From Chara braunii (Eukaryota; Plantae; Charophyceae), in the NCBI GenBank assembly GCA_003427395.1, contig BFEA01000009.1, forward strand, positions 4,529,726 to 4,593,725: a stretch of DNA of 64,000 nt, given 5' to 3'. The position numbers and the translations under genes were made by a program. This document shows, piece after piece, positions 11,953 to 24,209 of this stretch. Each line of letters opens with the position of its first letter. Positions within the stretch are counted from its first letter, which is position 1. A model generated the notes under the pieces. It saw nothing but the letters and a program-made list of their open reading frames with translations. It was not told the DNA's origin and did not search any database.

Positions 11953-14900
11953 CTATAAGACCCTCCCAATACCAAGCAAAACCACCTTTCTCCCAACCTT
12001 CCCCCTGACGCAATCCCTTATTATAATCTGCTTTCAGACAATCAAGAGAACTGAAACTGCCATTGCACATGCATTCCTTTACTTAGTCTGGTTTGTGTCC
12101 TGCCAGTCAAACTAAAAATCAAAGTAGGGGTGCATACAATATACTCAGCCAAACATAAAAAGATGTACAGATAGGGGTTATACATGGGTTTATAGAGGGA
12201 AGTGGAAAATTACCTTACAGTTCCCTGCCTCCAGAACTCCTCCTGAGTTCCGGCAGAGCTCCCGCAATCGATCGGTTAACCTCCCACGTAGGCCTTGCTG
12301 CGATCCTACGGATTGCAATCCCGCCTGCCGCCTTCCTCTCAGAACCAATAGACCAGACTTAGAGTAAGAAGGGCAGATAGAGATAATTTTGAGACTCTCT
12401 GATACAAGAGGGGTACACTCAGACTCGCGTGAGAGGGCCTTGTTACCTTGATGCGCCTGAGGGCCCCGCAACGGTGACCGACCGACAGCTTGGTCAACTC
12501 ACAGCCAAACGCAGGAGAAACGACAGTCTGACAAACCCCCAAGTCACAGCACTACCCCAATCGCTCCTCTGAGCTCCAACACCTCTCCTTCGCCCATTCG
12601 CTGCTGTATAACAGACCGTAATGATTGACGAAAGTTGATGGTAGTGTTCAACAGAGTGCAGTTACCAAACAGGCAGCAGTCTGTTCACAGTACGTAACGG
12701 CAAGTTGTGCCCAGTCAACAGACACATCGCCAGTTCATGCGGCCAGCGACAGCCAGCAGCAATGCGCAATACTGTCAATCGGTACAACAACAGTTCGTTA
12801 TATTATGCAGCAGCAGCTTGCCATATTCCGCAGCAGCAACTCATTACTGCATGTAGCAGCTATGGTCCCTCTTTCCATGCAGCAAGTCACCGCGCTCTCG
12901 GCGGTCAGCTTTGCAGGAACAGCGCAGTATGCACAAACGTCACCCTGGGTAGGCTCGACTATCTCCACAACTCTGCTTCTCACTCCCACAGTCAGCAGCT
13001 GAGCGGCCTCTTCAATCAGTCGGCAATCCCGCATCCCCCTCCTCCAAGCCGCGGCCACAGCCCTTTCTGCAGTCCAGTAATTTTTTTCATACCCCACTCT
13101 CGTTCCCCGGGCTGAAGCCGTGATTCCACGACTCCAAGCAGCCATTGTACTCACGGCCTCACCAACAGCGGTAACGACGATCAGGCTCGTGACAACAGCC
13201 CTCTCCAACAGATCGCCTTCATCCCATGCGCGGCAATGCACGATAGAGAGCGCAAAGGGCAGCGAGTGATAGTGGCACTGTAACAACTCAACACATCAGT
13301 GAATCCCCCCCCCCTTTTTATAGTAGTACTAACACTGCGCCAGCTGTTCACCAAATCCACATCCTGTAATTGGTCTGCTATTCCCCCCCCTTCCTGCTAA
13401 GCCCGGCCACATATGCAGGGCGATAGGAAGGGCTACTCTCCTCGATAGGATGAGTAAGAGTCGCAGGAGCCTGCCGCCTTAACGTGGGAGGGCACACCGC
13501 TGTCCGACTTTATGCGCCGAGAGACCGGGGTTGCTCTGAGAAAACTCGAATGGTTCTCCCACCGGATGTCGACCAAGTTCATTAGCAGCTCGAGCGACTC
13601 TCCTCCTGCTACTCCCACCTCTACGGTGGGGAGCGACGTCCCGCAGGTAAGTCTTCCACCTCCCGCGGTTGCCCCTTATGCCACTTCCCCCTACGAAATG
13701 AGCGACCCTGGAATGGGCCTTTCGCCAAGAGTCGGGGAGCTATGTCCCTGAACCTGGCCCGAACGGCTAAACAGATACACGTCCGAGGCTATTATCCTCC
13801 CCACGCAGCTCCTCCTACCATTCAAGCCCCGGACCTGATGCTACCATCCGATTCACGATGCCTTCAGACCCCAAACTCGAGCCTTCGTTCCCCCGTCTTC
13901 ACACCGAAACGGGTGAGTTCGACGATTTGACTCGGCTTCTTCACCGCTCCCCGCCATAGCTCTGCGCATCCTATTCCTCACTAACCTCCTAATCCACTAA
14001 CCCACGGCGAAAACTGACTTCGCCAATAACTCCGCCTTAGCCAAAGTATTAGGAATGAGCCTTTAGTTGCCCGTACCTATCGAGAAACAAGCCCGAGGTC
14101 ATCCTTTTCTCCCCCTGCCATGCCCAACTTCCGCCATCCCTTGCGCAACATTTCCCTGCTCTAGCTTCCTAAATACTGGCTTTCTACAAATTCCGTTCTT
14201 GAATATGGTGTCGCCTATTCCCAAACCCCACCCTATCTTCTTTTCAAGCCTGAATCCATGAAGGATCGAACTAGCTATTCGGCCCTCCCTCCGCCACTTT
14301 TACTCCCCACCATCTCCCTCGTTAAATGCACCTGTCCCCGCTCCTTGGCCAGGTCCGTTTTCCCCGTTCGCTACCCCGCTGCCCTGCTTTGGCGCCCGTT
14401 TTACTCCAGACATGCGCTCGCCTTATCTCCGCAATCGCCTACCCCCGTCCTCCTTCGCACCCAGTCACGAGTGCACCTGGCGAGGTTCAGCGTGCAGGTT
14501 CATTCTACTCCCCTGCTCCCCGTCTAACTCCTGCCTTTCCTACTTCGTCCGTCCTCCCTGTTTCCCACGCCGCTGGCCAGGCTCCTATCCGGATTCACCC
14601 GGTGCTTGTCCTCACCACCTCCTTGACTACGCCTGCCACCCCTCTACCATCATCTTCCCCGAATGTCCCTGGCGCCACTCTGCGCCCAGGTTCATCCCTC
14701 CACTGCTGTTCGCCCCGTCACCACCTTCGCCCAGCCTGTTCTCTCTCTCGTCACCCCGTGCTCTCCGCAGTGGCACCAAGAGTCACATGGGACCTACGTT
14801 CCTCGTTCCTCCATATCCCGTCTTCCCCACCTTACATACACACCGGGTCCGATTCACGCCCAGGTCCACCCCTGCTCGTAGCCGCCCTCGGCTAACGCAC

Positions 14901-15423
14901 CATTTCGACAGTACCTGGCTCGATAGTGACGAGCTCCGGCCGTTACGAACGAGTCAAAATAGACTCCGCGCGACCCTCCCCTGATTTATACACATCATCC
15001 TTGCGCCGGGGCCCTGCCAATCGTTCCGAGTTGTAACAGGTGTCCTGAAGAACGCCGACCAGGGCAATGCCCCGCGGCTCTCCGAAACCTGAAACAAAAA
15101 GAAAATAATAATAATAAAGTTAAACCCCACCCAAAAAGATAAAAATGAGAAAACTAGGGGACGGGGATGCGGGACTTACCAATACTTTCCTCGGCCCTGC
15201 AGGGCGGGCCCGCGATCGGACTACCCCGACAAAACTAAAGGGGATAGTCTCATGGGACTTTCAACCCCTCAGCCCCTCCGACACTCCTTCACTCCTACGC
15301 CAACGCCCATTGGCCTCAATCCTTGTACCTTCATAACAACATTCCAACATCATAACCAATAGGGCTAAGCCCAAACCTAAGGTTGGTTTGCGTGGAATCC
15401 AATAAAGGTGGTGTGGTGCCGCG

Positions 15424-15733
15424 CCCGGACCTGGGAAGACAGCCCGGCCTCATCCCTACCTATAACTAAGCACGCGGTCGCTACGCCCCCGCGCTGGCCT
15501 GCCCAATCAATCGGAAAGATCACACGCGCGCCTTAAAACTGCACGCCAACATGCCTCCCACTTAGCCAGGGCAAATCCCGGACCTGGGAAGACAGCCCGG
15601 CCTCATCCCTACCTATAACTAAGCACGCGGCCGCTAGGCCCCCGCGCCGGCCTGCCCAATCAATCGGAAAGATCACACACGCGCCTTAAAATTGCACGCC
15701 CACATACCTCCTACTTAGCCAGGGCAAATCCCA
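15424..15733. repeat. 153-bp tandem duplication near the right end of the 7.7-kb element
   Basis: CCCGGACCTGGGAAGACAGCCCGGCCTCATCCCTACC at 15424 and 15577. Confidence 0.92.
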
Positions 15734-16821
15734 GACGCAGCCGTGCCCCGCACGACTTATTTCGACCAAACCCATTTTCCCTGTTATCTGCAAAAACCAG
15801 GGCGGATACCCTTGTAAGGGTATTCGCGCCGACAACGGAATTCACAGTGAAGCTGTGTACTTCTTGCGGTTGGCGCTACCCCTGTTTTTGCTCGGTCTGA
15901 GCTGGCCATCTTAGCTAGTAGTTCCATCATCGTTCACAAACTTCAGTTACTATCGTCCTCTTTACTAGCATCGGGTTCTGGCCATTGGTGTTGAGATCGG
16001 ATATGGTTGCCATGTGATCGTGGGGGACACTCGAAGCTAGTTTGAGAGATCAATGAGAATAGACTTTGGAGACTCGACCTTTTGTCGGGTACACACGAGA
16101 GAACAAGTCAACCGATTCTCAGCTAGTTGCGCACTTGATATTATCTCCGCCGTGGTTATGACAACTACAGTTACTGGATTCAGTTAAAATTCGACGTTGA
16201 ATAAGGAGGAAGATGAAGTTGCAAATAATGATGGTTTTTGAATCAATCAATGATTGCTATTGCTTTAATTTTGTGAATGACTCATTCATGACAGTGTGAA
16301 CAAGAGAAGAGCTTCTCATTTTTCTTTTGCTGTTTAAGTTTGCTATGGTAAAACGTGGGTACTTGGAGTACGACCAACCTATGAAACACCCGTGGACGCG
16401 TCCGATCTCGGTGGCGGACGCAGATGAGGCCGCGTCCGTGGCCGACCTCGTCCGCGCCGCGGACCCGATTTTACCAGAAGTTTCCTGAATTAAATAATAT
16501 GTTAAAAAAAAACAAACATATGGGGTTGTAGGAAATTTTAAGCCCTACAACCCCATATTTTTCTTTTTGGAATCCTACTTTGTTTAGGATTTTAAAAAAA
16601 TCAAAAACTAAATTCGATTTAAAGAAAAACAAAAATATATTTATAAAGAAAAGCTGGATTTTTTATTTTTTTATTTTTTATCATGAGATATATGGTCCCT
16701 GAGTTCACCTGTATTTTTTTAGTAATGAATTTATGTTTTTTGTATAGGTATGAGGTGTTTAAAAAAAATGCAGATGCAAAATTTAAAAATAAATAAAGAA
16801 GAAACTTCAAAAAAGGGGTTT

Positions 16822-16857
16822 GATTGATTGATTGATTGATTGTGAGTGAGTGAGTGA

Positions 16858-16892
<35 letters not shown>

Positions 16893-16897
16893 TGTGT

Positions 16898-16933
<36 letters not shown>
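16822..16933. repeat. Compound (TGAT)n(TGAG)n(TG)n microsatellite abutting a gap
   Basis: Direct reading. Confidence 0.95.
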
Positions 16934-17443
16934 NNNNNNNNNNNNNNNNNNNNNNNNNNNNNNNNNNNNNNNNNNNNNNNNNNNNNNNNNNNNNNNNNNN
17001 NNNNNNNNNNNNNNNNNNNNNNNNNNNNNNNNNNNNNNNNNNNNNNNNNNNNNNNNNNNNNNNNNNNNNNNNNNNNNNNNNNNNNNNNNNNNNNNNNNNN
17101 NNNNNNNNNNNNNNNNNNNNNNNNNNNNNNNNNNNNNNNNNNNNNNNNNNNNNNNNNNNNNNNNNNNNNNNNNNNNNNNNNNNNNNNNNNNNNNNNNNNN
17201 NNNNNNNNNNNNNNNNNNNNNNNNNNNNNNNNNNNNNNNNNNNNNNNNNNNNNNNNNNNNNNNNNNNNNNNNNNNNNNNNNNNNNNNNNNNNNNNNNNNN
17301 NNNNNNNNNNNNNNNNNNNNNNNNNNNNNNNNNNNNNNNNNNNNNNNNNNNNNNNNNNNNNNNNNNNNNNNNNNNNNNNNNNNNNNNNNNNNNNNNNNNN
17401 NNNNNNNNNNNNNNNNNNNNNNNNNNNNNNNNNNNNNNNNNNN
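16934..17443. other. Assembly gap (N run)
   Basis: N run. Confidence 1.
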
Positions 17444-17478
17444 AATACTCCATCTTCGTTGAGGATGAAGTTCTATAG

Positions 17479-17516
17479 CTGTCTCTTATACACATCTAGA
17501 TGTGTATAAGAGACAG
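17479..17516. other. Nextera mate-pair junction adapter (Tn5 mosaic-end pair), artefact
   Basis: CTGTCTCTTATACACATCT+AGATGTGTATAAGAGACAG, exact. Confidence 0.99.
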
Positions 17517-18874
17517 GTCCGACCTAGAAAAAAAAAAAAAAAAAAAAAAAAAAAAACATGTTTTTTTTCCTTCATTTCTTCTCAACCCCCCCCACCAAAA
17601 GATGTTATTTTTCCATTTTTTGTGTGGGGGGGTGGGACCGGGGATGTGCCGCTGAATGGCACTTCCCGAATCCCGAAATCCCCTCCCCTCTGGCCACCAC
17701 ATGGTGCCAAAGCCGCGCGTCCGCGCAGACTCATCCGCTGGCAGCGCGGCCTGGCCGCGGTTGTCCGCCGCCTAGGGGGATTCATAGTGACCAACCGCCT
17801 CGAGAGAGGTCACTGTTGTTTCACTTTCAGTCTGCCACCCTTCGAAGGTAGGTCTCTTATGACTAACCTTTACATATCCCAGGATAGTTGGAGTTATTAT
17901 CAGGATCAGAAACACTCGTGTATACTAAATTACAACGCAGTATAAGTATGCTATAATCTGGGGCAGAACTGTGTCAATTGTCAATGGTGGGTGAAAGTGT
18001 TCAAATACAGCCATGCATTACTGACCCTGATTTATGAGACCGGAGACTGTTGGATCGGTTTTCCGGATAATTGAGTGTACATAGGCTGAGTTTTATCCGC
18101 GAAAACCTACAGAATGATTGTTGTCAAATAATAAGTAAAGGAGTTTCGCTTTACTCATTGTCGTGTCCAACTTTCTTGGGGCTCCCACAGTAACACACCT
18201 TCCCATGTGCCTTAACAGAGTAAAGTTGTCTTACACGCTTTGAACGGTCTCCATAGCGTAAACAGGTCGCAAAGGGGCTACGGTAGATTGAGTTTCTGAT
18301 TATGTAGTTCTCTCGATTTTGTCTGTATGGTCCGAGTGATAATTTTGTCTTAAGTTGTAGGCACTAGTTTGACCAGGAAAGGCAAGAGTCATAAGCAGTC
18401 CGAAAATTCAATTGATTACTTGAAAGGCTTTCAATCTCAATGATGGGTAAACGTGGAGTCAAGTAAACTCAAGACCGCACGAGTTCTTGAGTATTCATGT
18501 AATTGTGTGAGCTTATCTGACACTCTCGTGATCACACAAGCCTTTGATGGCACAAGTCCGCAAATCTAGCGACTGTGCATACAGATGACCTTGCAGTCTT
18601 ATAGGCTTATGCGACTGTAAGGGCCTACGTGTGAAGGGACTGTATGAGTGTGTGCAATTATATCAATCTGAAAACAAAAGACCTTGGGTGTCGTTTCGAC
18701 TATGGAAGCTTTCAAGTCTCCACAAAATCACGAGTACATGATCAGCAAACCGGGTTATCAGTCAAATCCCAATCTCGAGTGATCGAAATGTTGAGGTAGA
18801 GTAATGAGCCGCGAAGGGAGAAAACGACAGCTGAGGAAAATCCTCTACTTGATTGTTAAGTTTTTACTAGACGG

Positions 18875-21800
18875 TGTCGAGCGCATCGGCCCCGCGAGGG
18901 CCCTCCCGACCGCGTCACGCAGGAGAAACTTAAGCTTTCCAACTTTTTAGAGACAGCTTGGGGACAACACGGTAACCCGCGTCGACCCGTCGCCGCTCCG
19001 GCCGAGTGCGCCAGCTGTACATCCCACGGTCCCCTACGACAGGATAGGTTTCCGCGGGGCACAACTTACCTTCCCTAAGGGGCTGTCACCACCCTTAGGG
19101 GCGTATCCCNNNNNNNNNNNNNNNNNNNNNNNNNNNNNNNNNNNNNNNNNNNNNNNNNNNNNNNNNNNNNNNNNNNNNNNNNNNNNNNNNNNNNNNNNNN
19201 NNNNNNNNNNNNNNNNNNNNNNNNNNNNNNNNNNNNNNNNNNNNNNNNNNNNNNNNNNNNNNNNNNNNNNNNNNNNNNNNNNNNNNNNNNNNNNNNNNNN
19301 NNNNNNNNNNNNNNNNNNNNNNNNNNNNNNNNNNNNNNNNNNNNNNNNNNNNNNNNNNNNNNNNNNNNNNNNNNNNNNNCGTTCCAAGCGTAAGGAAGAC
19401 TTCTAGCGATCCTAGTCCCTTCTTTCGAAGACAATCAAGAGTCACTCAGACAAACCCTTTCAAAAAAATGACTCAGGTCAACGCAAGTTGACTTATCTTC
19501 CAAAATCAACTTATATGTAATACAATCATGCATACGACAAAGGTTGACTTGGCTTCAAACAACACCTATCAATAAAAACTCAAAACATGACCAATACACA
19601 AGGCGACACTCAAGTGGCGTCTGACTAAAATACCTTCACTCTGCCTGCCAGACGACTGGACCGTCACGACTTTTTCGACTGGATGGGATGCGTTGCCAAG
19701 TTTTTTTCATTCTGCCCCATACTAACTGCTAGCACGGAATATGAGCGCCCCAACTCTCAAGCAAAGTTAGAGTGTCATTGTTTTAATGACGACTTCACGC
19801 TTTTCCTCTAACTTAGGTGTGAATGCCATCTGCAAATAACTCGGCTACCATCTATACAAATCAGCGACCAGCTCGAACAATCGGACGCGCGATGCCCCAT
19901 TAAGGTCAGCGATCCACCTTCAAACTTTGTTGGTCGCTCTGTCCTCCTGGACAATAATTACTCTCTTTGTTCCAAAGTACCAGCTTGCGACATGAAAACA
20001 TTTACAGCAATACTCTATTCACATCTTCCCGTCAACTAGTCTGATCACCTCATGTTTGCACTTCTTATGGTGCAACCCTATCCGCGAAGATGATGCCCAG
20101 TCGCACTCCGTTCATAGCTAGTGAAAACACGAACTGGGCTTCTTATGGCGTCAGTCCTCCATTCGTCTGTGGCTCCTAAGACGGCCACAAAGGGTAAACT
20201 ATGACGGTCCTCCTTAGCGCAAGCCGACAATGACTTAACGTATTCCGTGAATAGCGCATGTCCATCCCCTAGGAGGTGGTCTGGGATACCCCTCGTCCTC
20301 GCCCGGGTGAACCTCGGATCTCAGAAGTCGGGCCGGCTCCGCCACAACAGCATGGTATCCCCCCGCAGTGCGGTCCACTCCAAGTTGATCACAGGGCCGG
20401 CCCCTAAGGCAACGAACCCCCACCTCAGATGCCTCCTAGGGAAAGGAAACGCCTCTACCACAGCAGACGACCAACCCCTTGCCGCCTGACGTCAAGGTGA
20501 ACCTAGACGAAGAAGAAGATCACAGAGAAGGAAAGCATTCAGACAGACGGGCATAGACAAAGGTGGTCATTCGGGAAAGAATGGGTAACATCTGAAACGA
20601 GTCCATGTCCGATTAAGTTTCTTTTTTTTTGTGAGTGTGATCATTCCTTTTATCGTCGTCAACTGATTTTCTCTCTTGTGACAAACATGCAAACAAGAGA
20701 TAGAAGACAAACACCCTGTCCCCATTTTCATTGACATGACCAATCTCGTTTTCAAGCTTTCTTCTACCTACCTGCACATCAGACCAAACAACAAGTTCAA
20801 AGGAAAACAATGCGATTCACACTCACGTCAGACTTTCATTCACACACGCAAACACACATGTTCTCTACCTATCCAGTGAACATTCAAAGAATAGGGCCAA
20901 GCAAGTGTGGGTTCACACAGGTGTGAAGGGGTCTGAGTCAAACAGCTGACCGTGAGTGAAGTTGAAGAGACGACCCACTCAAGAAGACCGTGTAAAATCA
21001 CACTCCAGAGAAGACAATCGCCACAACAAGTCGCCCACAAAACGATCTACACTACTTTCTAGTACGGTCGCTTGCCGCGACACCCTCTCAACACACAACC
21101 ACATCCCAGTAATCTGACGGCGTCTCAGCGTCCCGCCACCAACCGCACCACCACGACGTTGCCGACAATACCAGAATATGCTGCCACAAAATGCCCCTCA
21201 CAGTCTAAGCGCTTCCACGTCACCACCTAGAACGTGCTGCTGCCGCCGCAAAAGTTCAGCAGCACGTCCGCGTCGCTGCCAGAAAAAACACCGTCGACGC
21301 CGGAAGATTTCGACAGCACCTCCGCGTCACCACCAAAATCTCAGTGATGCCGCTGCAAAAAATTGGCAGCGCTTCCGCGTTACTACCTAGAACGCACTGC
21401 CGCTGCCGCAAAAAAAAAAAAAAAAAAAAAAAACCGGCAGCGCTTCCGCATCACTGTCAAAAAGCATCGCCGTTGCCGTGCCAAACAGACAGAGTTTCCC
21501 CTGCACCGCTTGCCGAAGACTCGCTGCCGCCGTGCAAGACGGGCAGAGTTTTCCCTGCGCCACTTGCTAAAGACCCTGCCGCTGCCGTGCAAAACGGGCA
21601 GAGTTTCCCCTGTGCCCCACCAGCTGCAGGGGCAGCTATGGCTGCCCTCACTCTCATGCTCCCTGCACACCTCCAGCGCTTCCCTCTCTCTTCACCTTGC
21701 TGAGATGGCGGCTATGGTTGTGTTCCACAACTATGGCCACCTCCAGCAGTTCTCTTCCTTCCTCGCCTGCAGACCTCCTCTTCAACCAGCAGCAGTTCCC

Positions 21801-24209
21801 CCTCCTCTCACTAGCAGCTCCTCCCAGCAGCAGCAAGCCAGCATTCACTCAAGTGAATTGCTAGCAACACCAGCCACAAATGATTGCTGGCTGGCTGCTT
21901 GCTGGCTGCTTTTATAGTTGTGGGAGGTAGTGGTAGCAGCCTAAGCTCTCAGCCAAAATTTCGAGCTCAGGCTGGGCCCTTGATCTCTTGGTGAGATCAA
22001 TGGCACATACCAGCCCCACACAGCAGAAATGGCCAGGTCCATTCATAAAGAAAAGGACCTGGCCCTCTTCCTGCTGTAAAACCAGCAAGGGGGGGCTGTA
22101 TCTAGCCACAACCCTTGTTGGTCTGCTACTGCTGAGGTTCAATCTCAGCAGTGCACCTTCTCCTAGACCTGACCAAGTTCAGAGTCAGGCTCTTGCAGCA
22201 AACCACTTGGGAACATGGCCCGGACAGCGGCCAGGTTCAAGCAAAAATTAAGAAAGGTGCCCTCTTTCTCTCTTCAACCCTGGCCATATTCGGTGCAAGC
22301 CCCCTTGCTAGTTTGCTGCACCAAGTGCAGCAAACCGTTTGGGAACCTGGCCCCGACAGTGGCCAGGTACGTTATTTCTTTTATTTTTGTTGCTGCTCTA
22401 GCAGCCTCGTTTTGCCTCAGTCCCCCCCCTTCTTCTTTTCTCTTCNGGAACCTGGCCCCGACAGTGGCCAGGTACGTTATTTCTTTTATTTTTGTTGCTG
22501 CTCTAGCAGCCTCGTTTTGCCTCAGTCCCCCCCCCTTCTTCTTTTCTCTTCTTCTTTTCTTTTCTCCCCTGCCCTCCCCTGAAAATGGGGATGGCAGTTG
22601 TCAGATTGGGAGAGGTAGGGAAAGAACTCGTGAAAATTCACGAGTTCAAATCCCGACAGCCTCAAAGCGGGGTGCAAAAAGTACCCCGACTTTGAAGAAT
22701 TTTAGAAAAATATTCGCTAAATAAAAAAATCTAAAAACATTCATGTACATGGCGTACGTGCCTGACTACCTACGGAAAAAAAATCAAGGTCAACAAAATT
22801 ATTTTGCGCCACCAAAACAATAGTGGCGCAAACTGAAAAATACAGCTTCTCAGAAAAACTCAGATCCTATTTTTTCGTTTTCTTTTTCTTTTCTTTTTCT
22901 TCTTTTGTTTTCTTTTTCTTCTTTTCTTTTCTTTTCTCTTCTTACCCCCCTAACAACGGGGAGGCAGCTGGCAGGTCGGGAGGAGCAGGTCCTCCTCTCC
23001 CCATCCTCCCATTTCTCTTTCTCTCTCACTCTTCACTCAATTCCAACCCCCTCTTGCTTTCCGTGTGTGAACTGTGGGCCGCGAGATTTCAAGATCTCGC
23101 GGCCACAATCATCCGTCCAAAACGAAGTGGGTGTCTTTGTGCTCCCACACAGTCTCCAAGACGAAGTGGGAGCCTTTGTGCTCCTACACAGTTTGCAAAG
23201 ACTGTTTTCCCCTTTTTTTTCTTTTTTTTTTTGTCGTTGGCTATGCCAACGGCCACGTCGGTGGTCACATCGTGTGCCCCCCCCAAACACGATCTATCGA
23301 ATTACAGACCCAAGTTCGACCCCATCCGAGACCAAAAAAGGGAAAATTTTGGCCTTTTCTCGATTTATGTGTGTCATCCTTGCGCGCGGGGGCCACTTTG
23401 ATCTGGGGGCGGCAGATCTCAGTCGCGCGATCTTGAGGATCGCGCGGCCGAGATTGGCCGCGCCCAACTGCCTTGGGCTGCTCCAAAAGAAGCTAGCCCG
23501 GTAAGATGCTTGCAGCCAAGCTTGATCCCGGTACCAGATAGGTAAGAGTCCTCTGCGATAACCTACTGGGCTAGCTCCTATCATGATAATAACAAGAGCA
23601 ACTCGCCTATGTGAAGAGCTCGCCCAGTCAGGTTTCCCCCATACCGTGACCTTGCAGGCTTTGCCTGCCCGCTTCTTCCCTATGAATGGTTGCTCATCCA
23701 CCACTCCGGGCCCGCCCATCGGGTAGGCCTCGGTATAGGCCTGCTGGCCTCACCCTGGCTCGAGGATAACCCGGCGGCCCAAAAAAAAGGAAAAAAACCT
23801 TGCTATTCCTTTCGCACCGTAGCCCTATACCCTGCGCATCCCTCCTTTTTAGCCTACTTAGGCCCTGAATCGCAGCCGCGCGACATCTTTTAGGTAGAAT
23901 AAGTCTAGTCTCAGACTTTCTACGACCACGCACCCCTGCGGCCATGTCCAGACCCGCGGACGACAGGCCATACCGCCGACTCCCGCTGTCTCGAACGGAC
24001 GCCGTTGTCGTCACATGTCAACGACGTCCCATGTCAACGACGTCATACATCAATGACGTCAGGCTTTAGGTTTCTCAGTTATAGGGTTGGTCTGAACAAC
24101 TTTTGACAACGTCACTCTCAACCAGTTCCTCAATCCCATAAAAAAATCGAACAGCGACTGACCTTGACAAACTCGGGTAGAAACCCTTACAGGGGTTTCT
24201 GTCCCGACA
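18875..24209 (-). mobile_element. ~5.3-kb non-coding TGTC...GACA element related to 8129-15834, perfect 4-bp TSD ACGG
   Basis: CTAG-ACGG|TGTCGAGCGC ... GTCCCGACA|ACGG-GGATTAG; empty site CTAG-ACGG-GGACTAG at 45578-45581; shares left-end blocks with the 8129 element; minus-strand TATAAA at ~21911-21916. Confidence 0.88.
19110..19379. other. Assembly gap (N run)
   Basis: N run. Confidence 1.

Larger units (their letters stand above)
8129..15834 (-). mobile_element. 7.7-kb non-coding TGTC...GACA element (probable giant solo LTR, minus orientation) with 4-bp TSD GCGG/ACGG
   Basis: GAGA-GCGG|TGTCAAGCGC ... GCGCCGACA|ACGG-AATTC; empty site GAGA-GCGG-AATTC at 43979-43982; no pol domains; minus-strand TATAAAAA at 13315-13322. 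Confidence 0.85.
16379..17787. mobile_element. Non-autonomous DNA transposon, TIR CTATGAAwCmCCC, 8-bp TSD (C/T)GACCAAC; spans a gap
   Basis: CGACCAAC|CTATGAAACACCC ... GGGGGATTCATAG|TGACCAAC; uninterrupted site GAGTATGATTAACCACCTCG in the 3' LTR near 44507-44526. Confidence 0.75.

Noticed and set aside
12625-14984. Overlapping ORFs of 125-190 aa in the 7.7-kb element
   Set aside because: Low-complexity CAG- or pyrimidine-rich sequence, several frames open, no recognisable domain
17479-17516. Tn5/IS50 ends as a real bacterial transposon or horizontal transfer
   Set aside because: Exact back-to-back mosaic ends are the Nextera mate-pair junction; same at 28942-28979
22342-22552. ~104-bp tandem duplication
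   Set aside because: Copies are separated by a single N and differ only in a C-run length: unmerged contig overlap
22640-22660. B-box GAGTTCAAATCC as a tRNA gene
   Set aside because: No convincing A box or cloverleaf
21178-23719. Cluster of ORFs in the 5.3-kb element
   Set aside because: Driven by homopolymer runs and GC-rich repeats; no domain motifs
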